Of a stretch of 64,000 nucleotides of DNA, positions 52,484 to 62,500 are shown piece by piece. Source of the stretch: Marsupella aquatica (lineage: Eukaryota > Plantae > Marchantiophyta). The stretch lies in the NCBI GenBank assembly GCA_973895155.1, contig OZ316899.1:4963241-5027240 (forward strand), written 5' to 3'. Within the stretch, counting starts at the first letter, position 1; each line of letters starts with the position of its first letter. Under the pieces are notes generated by a model that worked only from the letters and a program-made list of their open reading frames with translations, was not told the DNA's origin and did not search any database. A program made the position numbers and the translations under genes.

Positions 52484-53266
52484 TTGGTTGGTTGTTGTGT
52501 TCAATCTGTTGGGTGTTGTCTTCATCTCACGGGCTCTCCAATTATATTGTACAACATGGAAGGATCATACACAAAGAGGCGCTATCATGAAAAGTGTGTT
52601 ACACGCCTTGATAAGTTTACGACGACAATTACTGAGCTGAAATTGAAAGCTGATTTTGATCGGCTCTCAATATGGGGGACTATTGGGAAGCCTATTCCGA
52701 AGGAAGCAGAAGAAGAAAAAAGGCAAAGTCTCATCCCTGGCCTCCCGGATATGCTGATAGAGGGACATGTTTGGCCTCTACTTAGAAATGCATTTGAGTC
52801 TGCAAATGCACATGGCACTGATGATGATGCTACCTTCAAGACAATTGACAACATGCGCATATTGTCCAGAGTTAGTAGGAAATGGAGATTCCTTGTGACT
52901 CACTCAAAGGGATGGGCAGCGTTAAAAGTGGTGAAGGACGTCATTGAAAACATGGACGACAACCGACATTGGAATCGTCACTCAACCGCATGTACGTTCT
53001 ATGTTCTCTTACGTCAAATTCCGCCTATTGATGCCCTCTCTATGATGTCAGTTACATCACTCAAGTCTTGGGTGGCAAACTATGTCTGGAGGATGAAGAT
53101 ATATGAGAGGGATCTGTATGATAAGTTTTTTGATGGAGATGTGCTAGGAAGAGTCCAGGACTGGGTGGAGAACAAATTAACCCCAATCTTATGGTGTGAC
53201 AATGTAGAAAAATTGCCGAGCAACAATCCGGACAATGGCTACGGGCTTTATTCTAGTGATATTTGA
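52484..53266 (+). CDS. F-box-like cargo gene 2
   Basis: SLIPGLPDMLIEGHVWPLL...LSRVSRKWRFLV are the F-box N- and C-terminal motifs with an insertion. Open frame; likely ATG at about 52556. Confidence 0.7.
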   Translation: MVGCCVQSVGCCLHLTGSPIILYNMEGSYTKRRYHEKCVTRLDKFTTTITELKLKADFDRLSIWGTIGKPIPKEAEEEKRQSLIPGLPDMLIEGHVWPLLRNAFESANAHGTDDDATFKTIDNMRILSRVSRKWRFLVTHSKGWAALKVVKDVIENMDDNRHWNRHSTACTFYVLLRQIPPIDALSMMSVTSLKSWVANYVWRMKIYERDLYDKFFDGDVLGRVQDWVENKLTPILWCDNVEKLPSNNPDNGYGLYSSDI

Positions 53267-53559
53267 TTGTGAAGGCACAGGAGGTCATCGTGGATAGCAT
53301 TGTTGGTAGGGTCCACTGGCCACTAGGTCATGTCATGACTTGAACTCATCACGTAGTAATGAGGTTAGGGCTAGCATCATGGACTAATTTTGCACGATAT
53401 TTTTCAATAATAAAAAATCTTACGTTATTACACTATTGGTGTGGTCTTTTTTCTCTCCCGACGGCCTTGCCAACATCCAAACGGCATCGTTGGAATTTGG
53501 CAAGGGTCTCCAAGATGTAGTGTTCCTGAACCCTACTCACCTTGGAGACATTTGCCGTT

Positions 53560-54040
53560 TGTCGGATCTTAGCGACCCTCGCCAAAATGGCACTGAAACC
53601 GGATGTTAGCGACCCTCGCTGAAATGGCATTGAAATTGGATGTCGGCAACCCTCGCCGGAATGGCACTGAAATCGGATGTCAGCAATCCTCACCAAAATG
53701 GCACTAAAACCGGATGTTAGCAACCCTTGCCGGAATGGCATTGAAATTGGATGTCGGCGACCCTCGCCGGATGTCAACGACCCTTGCCAAAATGGCACTG
53801 AAACTGGATGTTATTGACCCTCGCCGAAATGGCACTGAAATCGGATGTTAGCGACCCTCGCCGGATGTTAGCGACCCTTGCCAAAATGGCACTGAAATAG
53901 GATGTCAGTGACCCTCACCGGAATGGAACTTCGCCTGAATGGAAGATCCCAACCGGATGTCTGCGACCCTTGCCAAAATTGCACTTACCAAGAAAAAGTA
54001 AGAAACTGGATCTCAGAGACCCTCGCCGACATGGAACTTA
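53560..54040. repeat. ~37-bp minisatellite, unit GTTAGCGACCCTCGCCGAAATGGCACTGAAACCGGAT
   Basis: About 10-12 variably diverged units, each containing the element motif. Confidence 0.9.
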
Positions 54041-54707
54041 GGATCATAATCTTGACCGTTGCCAAGTGAGAGAACCGCCAGATCTCTGAGATCTACTTAC
54101 ACCCTAAACTCTTTGTCGTCAAACTAACAAAGAAGTCGCTGGCCTCTGATCTCAGAGATCCTCGCCGAAATGGGATTACGTAGTAACTGTGGAATCATAC
54201 GCTCATACAGTGCCAAAAACTAATCCTGACAGTCTTGACCGTTGTAGGTCAAATCAACATTAACTCATTTGTTGGCCAAACCTGGAGTGTGTGTGAAAAG
54301 ACATGTACCCATTATTACGAGCGGACGTCATTGTCCCTTCAATCGTCTAGGGATAGGATACCAATAATTGCTGGATTTTTAGTAGCGATGATGATGATCG
54401 TCTTGTACGTTGCAGGTCACCTCAACACGGACTAGATAGCGTTGACGGAAAGTGACATGCATGTGAATAGACATGTACCCGTTATACGTACGCCGATTGC
54501 TTCCATTACCCAATCCCGGTTAGTACATATTTGGTGTGATATTCGAGTGGGCGTTTGGTATATGATGTGAATCAGTCATTCCATCCAGACTCATTCTTAT
54601 GAAAGTCCTTCGTAAACATGGCGCAAACAAAGATGGAGGTGAAGGCAATGTGGCAGCGCGGTGCGCCCTCCAATTTTTTACCTTCTTTCTCATCAGAGTA
54701 GAGCACC

Positions 54708-55502
54708 ATGGCCAGAGTGGAGTCTGTGATCGGTATCCAAGACATGCACACACCCATTGTCTACACCATTTTGGGCGTCATCCCACAGAAGAGGAAACAA
54801 GGTCGGCCAAGGAAGCATCCCATTGTAATGTCGATAGCATTACCTAATAATGAAACTCATCGGCTCTTGACAGAGAAGAGGAAACAAGGTCGACCAAGGA
54901 AGCATTCCATCGTAATGTTGATTGCATTACCTGATAATGAAGATCCTCGGCTCTTGACAAATAAGAGGAAATGAGGTTGGCCGAGGAAGCATCCTATCGT
55001 AATGTTGATCGCGTTACCTGATAATGAAGCTCCTTGGATTTTGACAGAGAAGAGGAAACGAGGTCTCCCTAGGAAGCATCCTATTGCAATGGCTACCACA
55101 CTGCTAGACGGTGATGGTGAAACTCCTCGTCTATTGAGATCTTCAGATAATGGCAAGGCTGTTGGTGGTGCAAACAGAATGAACAAGAAGTTGAAGATGC
55201 CCGTAGATGGTGTGGCTAAGTTCCGCGGTTGTGACAACACAACCAGCCACAAGGACTCGCCCAATGCCGAGTGTTCAAAATATGTTGATGTTGACTTTGG
55301 GTTTGCTAAGGAGTTGCTAAAGAGTTTGGATGCGGAGATCGCAGACAGCAAGTCAGACTTCCAGAAGCTTATGAGCCTTCATGTAGATGTGCAAGCTAGG
55401 CTATCTGAGATGTGTGACAACGTCCAGAATCTATGGGTAAAAATGAATGACCTCCTCTCGGCAAGAGCTGAATTGGGGACGTTCACTGGAGTGAATGTAT
55501 GA
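54708..55502 (+). pseudogene. AT-hook repeat + coiled-coil cargo gene
   Basis: Four 29-aa (87-bp) repeats KRK(Q/R)GRPRKH..., one containing a TGA. C-terminal heptads. Confidence 0.7.
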
Positions 55503-56312
55503 AAAACATGAATTTCGTGTACACATTTAATTGTAGGAAATAGCGGAACGTTGTAGCCTCAAAGTTTTGATACATTTTGGTAGTTACTGAATCGTTCGTT
55601 GGTAATGATTTTATGGAGTGTCAAATTAAACTGGACGATGATAGTAGAAATCCATCTGATGGGCTGTGTAATCCAAATCTTATGAAACATTTTGTGCAGA
55701 TTAGGTAGCTTAGTTATACAGCACTGAATCTGTCATGGTAAAGTCGACGCCCCTCGCCGAGAGCATTTTCCAAGGCTTGACAAGTAGGAGTAGCAGTCTC
55801 TTGACGATGTCTTCTTGGCGAGCATCACCAAGGAATGACAATGGGTTCATGTTACCTTTTCTTCTAAGCTCTCTTATTGGGCAAACATCTTGATCTTTTG
55901 GTGGTTGCAACTGATCCCAAGGATTCTACACTGCATCACAATTCTCGTTGATTACTTCTTTCAAGGCTGGCACCACCAGCAGCCTAGTAGTAGTATCTCA
56001 ATGATGTCTTCTCGGCAAGCATTGCCGAGGAATGACAATATATGGGTTGTAAAATATTTTTCTAGTAAACTTCATGTCGGTGACCTCTTTGACATTCTGA
56101 CTATGGTCGCCTAAAATTGTACAGACACCGCCTTTATGCTTATTGCTTTGTGTTTCAAGACCGTAAACCCTGAATCGGAGATGTTTGCGAGTTTGTCGAG
56201 ATCCTTGGGCCAATCTGAGCACAGCCGCCGACATGCAGGTAAGTGTTAAGCGCGACAAGCAATGACTAATATCAGTTATCAATCATTGATAATTGATGAT
56301 GTACCTTTACTC

Positions 56313-58660
56313 TCAGTTTTCCTGGCCTGTCTAGTGTAGAAAGGACCAGAGCGGATTCTAGCACACAGATAGTTATTGAGGAGGTTGAATTTATCCACCA
56401 ACTTGTGCCAAGTTGTAGCCTCAAATCCGTGCACAAGAGTGCTATGGCTGGCAACGTCATCCTAGAGTTCAACCATATTCCAATCTCCGCTAAATATCCA
56501 GTGTTCTTTTGAGTCAAGTGCAGTCATCCACTTCCAAAGGTCCTTCCTCTCAGATCTTTTATTGGGTGTGTAGACCAACCCCACCAAGATTGGTCCATTG
56601 CAGGTGCTAATTTTGGCCCACGCAAAGGTCCCGTCTCCCTTAGTCCCCAAGTCAATAATGTGCTACAAAGGGGGACGGATAAGTGCAGCTCCCACCTTCC
56701 CATTGCTTGGTGCATCCAAAATGTTAGCTCCCTATGGATTTAGCATCCTCAATTGGAATTTTTCTTTTTCCTTAGTGGTCTTCAATTCTTGCAGACATTG
56801 AATCCAGGTTCTTTGTCTCAGTAATCCACTTCTTCACTTGTGTCATTCTGATAGTGTCACTCAGCCCTCTCACGTTCCAGTTGCACACAGTAAGTTCTTC
56901 TATCATCTTAAAACTTGTTGGGAAGATTTCCATAATGGCTACGAGGTCCTGTCTTGTCGTTGGCTGTCGTGCTGCTGTCTCTACTTCCCGGGCTGAAGGT
57001 TGGGAGCTTCTTAGTCCCCCGCTTAGTCCTTGTTGGGTTGCTGGTTCCCCAGAGCTGCTTCAAGTGTTCTCTGAGCCGAACAAAAGAGCCCTTGGTTGTG
57101 CGCTCCATCCATTGGTGGGATTGTTAAATGGTGTCTCCTCGGGTATCACTTCAACCATTTGTTTCTCTACTGCAAATGTAGGTTCAAGAATAGCCACTGA
57201 ATCTCTCCTCTTTTTCTTTTGTGCTTGCCTGGTATGAGGCACCGGCATTGTGGTTGGGGGTTGCCCATTGACACTGGTACCAGCTTGGGAGCTATTGGCT
57301 TTCCTGGCATTCTTTAGTAACTCCAGGTCCATTCCTGCCACAGTGTCATCTTGAGTCTTCTTTGTTGGAGTACTCAAGGAGTCAGGTCGAGAGGCCAAGT
57401 CAGCACCAATTGATGTTTCACCACCTGGTTCTTTGTTCTTAATTTGTTCTGCAGTTTCTCGTGTTTCTTAGCATTAGTATTTGATGGTATCATGATGATC
57501 TCAAGGATGTTGAGCTCCTTCCTCTGTGACAACTCCGAGTGCTTTGGTTTGTGGTTCTCCTCAGTTGCATTGTCTCCCAAGTCTGCTAGCGTTCCAAATG
57601 GGTTAACGTGGTCATCGTGATTTGGATTTGTTTGCGTTCTGTGTTTGTGGTCCATTCTGCCTTGTTGCTTGCCGACAACTTGGAATCCCTCAGCGTCAGC
57701 ATTTGAATTCTTAGTTCTTGTGAGTCTAGTTCCAGGGAAGGTGTTGTGACCCCTAGCTGATTTCTCCTTAGCTTGTTTTGTTGGGCAGTACCTGGCAGTG
57801 TGTCCCCTTTGCTTAATTGTAGGCAAAGCAAGCATCAGGTAGAGTGCAATAAAAGGCATCTACGCTATAGCTGCCAATGCCAAGCATAGTCACATTAATA
57901 AATTCCACTAGGTCTTTGTTCAGATTACACAACACACACCCCCAAATGTGCAAAAATTTACTCCGAGCCTTATGAGTCTGAGCATATAGGATAGTTCCCA
58001 CCTTGGCAAGCATAGCATTTGCGTAATATTCAAATGCATGATTCAGCAAAGGAAGATCAACCCAAACAAGAGCTTTAGTCATTTGTATTGCATTAGCATC
58101 AAAATCCGATGTCCATCACATTGCCATTACCATTTTACGACCCATGTTCAGGTAGGGTTCTAACAAAATGCGTCGCTATTCTTCAAGGTCTGCTACAACA
58201 ATAAGAAAAGTGAATCATGCCAGCACCTTAATCTGCTCAATTTCAATCTGCATTCTAGCTCCAATGACGTCATAAGCCCAATCTTGGAAGTAATCCCTCG
58301 TTGGGTTGAAATCTACCGTGTAAAGGATGACTCCTTGCTTTTGGAGATGCACAATCCTGCTTGCAATTATGTTTTGGTTGACGACCACTGAATCTAGATG
58401 TGGAAGCTGGTCAGTATTACCCTGTAGTAAGTGTGTGCAGGTGATCAACCTTTGTACTCTGAGGAATGCACCCTAAGCGTGTTGTATCCTGACATTGTCC
58501 TTGTTCAGCAACAATGCCAATTCTTTGGGTCGTTGCGAGCATACTGTGCCGAATCTTTTTCGACACCATACTTGTGTCATTCTCCATTGTACCAATCCTC
58601 TTCATATTCCCATAGTAGCACCCAACCACAAAGAGTCCTCTTTGGTGAGGTTGCATTCAC
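56313..58660 (-). mobile_element. L1 LINE: ORF1 remnant and ORF2 endonuclease N-terminus
   Basis: ORF2 starts at about 56906 with MIEELTVCNWNVRGL, then LVYTPN and WIFSGDWN. ORF1 has VWVDLP and a frameshifted zinc knuckle ...KQRGHTARYC. Confidence 0.85.
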
Positions 58661-58713
58661 ATAAATATTTCTTTATTACTTACAAAATTACATGACATTC
58701 TAAAATATCCTTT

Positions 58714-59507
58714 GGTGTATTTACCAACAATAGCAAACACAAGAGATAAAACGGTAATACTACTAGTGAAATAGGTGGCGTAGCAGTAAACAATTAAAGA
58801 TAACAGACTCAAAAAAATGTTTCTTTAGAAGATTTGGGCCAAAGTCACATTATTAGCTCCCGACGCTAGTAATGTTCCTTTGTTTTTCTATATTTTTTTG
58901 CGTAAAAATTTTCTTGTAAATTTCTCAAAATGGTGCTATTATGGAGGGTCCAAGCAAGCGTGACATTACTAGCTCCCGACGTTAGTAACGTTGATTTATT
59001 TTTGTAGCTTAATTTGCTAATTTTTTCTCATAAATACAATCCAACATGATGTAATTGCAAAGGGTCCAAGCGAGTGTGATATAATTCTTAGAGGGGATCA
59101 AACCAAGTAGGATATTACCAACGCCCAATGCTACTAATATTTGTATATTTTTAAATATATTTTTAGCTTATTTTTTGCTTATTTTTTGTTAATATGGGTT
59201 TATGTTTATTATTTCTTGTTATTGACTCTTTTGCCAAATTTTCTTTAAAAATGATTGATGTCTCTACACATGTAACTATTTCATAGTTATTTTAAATTCA
59301 GGTAGTTACCCTCATCATGGATGTCTTTTTCAAAGTGGAATGTACAACAAAAATACCAAAACATATTGGATATATTCCGCTGACTTCTTTTGAGGATGAT
59401 CGTCATAAATTGATGTTGAGTGTTTGCTACCCAGAAAATGATCCCAGTTCAAGGGTTGCATTTGCAAGATCCAATAGATTGTAAGTTGGGTTCATGCAAG
59501 CCATAAT
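58714..59507 (+). mobile_element. Deleted MULE-like element D with an MTase-like exon fragment
   Basis: Putative end GGTGTATTTAC. TAGCTCCCGACG(C/T)TAG motifs at 58854 and 58970. Exon 59302-59507 (VVTLIMDVFFKVE...VGFMQAIM) is closely similar to copy 1 at 2527-2732. Confidence 0.65.
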
Positions 59508-62500
59508 GAGGTGTTTACAAAAGGCAGGAAAACAGGAAACAAGCATTCATAACAGAAATTGGTAACAGGGAAAAAGATTGGTAACAGGAAAATTGATGGC
59601 TCTTTCCTGCATGTTTTTTTGCAAAGTTACTTTTGAAAAAAAATTCTGGTAGCACCCGGCGCTGGTAAAAGTAGCGCCAAAGGCGAGGTGTTTTTAAAAG
59701 ACACAAAAAAACAAACAGGAGTAAATATAAGAAACTCGTAGCTGTAGGAACTCTCCACAATTATTGCTAGCGCCGGGCGCTGTGAAGAGTCTATAATTTG
59801 TACCAGTTGCACTCTCGGAGGATATTTAATGAAGGGGGTTATGAAATGTTCGATCTCGGAACGCTATTTAACTCAGTTATAATTAACCAAAACCTTTCAG
59901 TAGCGCCTGGCGCTACTACTCTAATCCCACTAGACAACCATCGTCTATTCCAGCCTCCTCCCTATCAGGGTCTTTCCGGAAGCCATCTAGCTGCAAAGAT
60001 CCATGACTGTTCCCGCAAGTTCACCTAATACCACAAAATCAGACGGAAACCAAAACATTTATGCAACCACAGCCCGAAAAGAATCCACACCAAAGAACCC
60101 TTAGAAAATTGGGAAGCGCCCGGCGCTAGCCAATATTGCACCTGAGAACACGTCTTCACAACTCAAACTTCAAGAATCTGAAATAAAAATATAATAGTGA
60201 CAGTACGTTTGAGGAGCGCCTGGCGCTAGTAAAACTTGAAAGGGCTTAAAATTGGCCAATTCATCAAAATGGTTACATATTGAAACATTAAATGACATAT
60301 TTGAAGAAAACCTCATTGCTACCTATAAACTATCAGATGTTTCTGATGCGGAGCTTTCAGATCTGTCCGTGGACTCGGCTTCGTCATCAATGTACTTGCT
60401 TCGGGAAAACATCATCTATATAAGGGTTCCTCGTGAACTTCCTGTCTGCTCCCCTTTGAAGACGTAGACCTTTTGTTTCCCAACAAAGCGTTCTAATTTT
60501 GTCAACCCTCCTAGCGGCATTTTCAGCGTATGAGGGCAAAACAAACGGCTTCTCAGGAGTGACAATTACATTCCTAGCTAGTCTCCTCTAGAGTTGGAAA
60601 CGCTTCCTCGGATTCCATTCTGACCTGATCCAGTAAAACAGAAAAAAATATAAGTTTAGGGGATAAGAGAGCAAGAACCCAGAATTGTCAACAACACTTG
60701 AAAGGATAAAGAAGCTTATTGGAAGAACATTACTTGTCTGAGTCTTTGCTCTTCTCCAAAGAATCTTCCTCCTGGGTTTTCTCTGTGTCATCTCCAACAT
60801 CTCCAAAGGTAACTTCCTCTTCATCGGAATCAAAGCTGAGAACAGAGCGGAGCCTATCTTTCTTTTTGCGACCACTTAAATTGGTCACGGGAGGAGGCAA
60901 TATCGGAACATGCTTGGGATCAAGAAGTTCTAAGAAAACCCTTGATGCAGTCTCAACAAACTCACGCCTATTTTCCAACCCAATCACGAAACAACCAGAA
61001 AAATCACCAGCAATGAATGTGCTTCCTGAACCTACAGTCCAATCAAGGACAATATCTCCAGGAAGAGTAAAAAGCTCTATCACCAACTGCATAAAACCAA
61101 CCTAAAGACAGGCGTTCCCAGCAAAATCCAATTCCGGGCAATGATCTGTCTTCCAGGTTGGGAGCCCAATCAAGTTAGAGATCGAAGGATCTTCACTTAT
61201 TGATAGAGGCTTAAACCTTGGATCCTTTGGTACCTTTCCCTTTGAAGAAGTCCGACAAAATATGTCTAGCCTGAGTGTAAATACCTGCACGCATCGCACA
61301 CGTTTGGCTAAAATTATCAACCGACAAGTAATGTCTCGAGAACTACAGCAAAGACTAAATTAGCGTCGGGCGCTAACAATAAACAAGAGATGCAATGATC
61401 TATACCTGAATATTGATCTTTGCTCTGTACATGGGCATAGACATGACGACATTGTGAGAATTGACACAATGGAACTTTTTTGACTGCTGGCATGTTGAAA
61501 TGACTTGTGAGACCTGGTCATGGTCATCTGAATACAAGATTGCAAGCATACCATCATCAGAAAGGAAAGGGTCCATCGCTTTGAAGAAAGAATTGGGAAC
61601 TGTGTGGTCTGGTACATTCCACTTTGGAACCCGACGGTCCATGAGCGTAGGTTTAAGTCCAGTAGGAAGATAGATGAATCCTGCATTGACACCAAACAAT
61701 CTTTCTTTTCCTCCTCTGATAACTCCCTTTTCCCGGGAACCCAACTTGATTAAGTCCTTTCCCCATTTCTCTGCATCAGTCACCCAATCTGGTTTTGCTG
61801 CTTTGTTGAAAGCAGTATCAATAAATTCTTGGATACTTGTTTCCACCATGCAATGCCTAGAAGATTTACTCTTGAAGGTTTCCACATCTCTCTGAACACC
61901 AGTTCTAGCGGCATCATCTCGAGAAGATTCTCCAGCTTGAATTGCCCTTTTCTTCTTCTTCTTTGTACTGGTTGCATCAAGAGCGACGATCTCTTTCGCT
62001 TTGTCAATTGGAGTTACTAGGTCTGATTGGGCACCGGTATTGGCTTTGGAAGGCTTTGGAGTGGCATCTACTTTTGTTTTGTCGGTTGCAGCATCAGACT
62101 TTCTCCCACCTAAAGGAAAAAGAGCAGAATTTTTTCAATGCTGAATAATAGCGCCAGGCGCTGTCCAAACCAATTGAAAAAACAAACCAATAGACATAGT
62201 CATATAGTAGCGCCTGGCGCTAACCAAAATGTGAAGCTACAAGCTGAATGACAACTTACGTTTTTTGGCGGACCGCATTGAGGTACTCGGTGCCGCAGCT
62301 TTGGTTTTTGCTTTGGCTTTGGGTTTGCAACTTTGATCAACATGAACAACCGTAGTTTTGCACACCGTTTGCAATTCTGCCGCCGACTTGCTCACATCAC
62401 CTTCGATTCCCTGCTTCATGTCGGACACAAACTTGGGAGGGACCTGAGACTTTGAGAGCTTATGAAATGCGTCTTTCTCAGTGTCTCCGAATGGAGAGTC

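Larger units (their letters stand above)
31356..56312. mobile_element. Complete giant Mutator-like DNA transposon (element B, 24,957 bp including nested Copia)
   Basis: Left end GGGGTCGTGTACTTCATCAGTTATCAATGA; right end (rc) GAGTAAAGGTACATCATCAATTATCAATGA. 19-bp TSD TCAGTTTT(T/C)CTGGCCTGTC at 31337-31355 and 56313-56331. Excision restores the L1 frame GPFYTRQARKTDRYEQSRLD. An internal MULE transposase is present. Confidence 0.9.

Noticed and set aside
53560-54040. CRISPR-like array of ~37-bp repeats
   Set aside because: The units are head-to-tail with no unique spacers, there are no cas genes, and the context is eukaryotic; it is a minisatellite.
59768-62222. Palindrome cores match restriction-modification sites (CCWGG/CCSGG here; CAGCTG at about 15003) known as 4mC MTase targets
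   Set aside because: Any short palindrome resembles some R-M site, and the catalytic motif is degenerate, so no specificity can be inferred.
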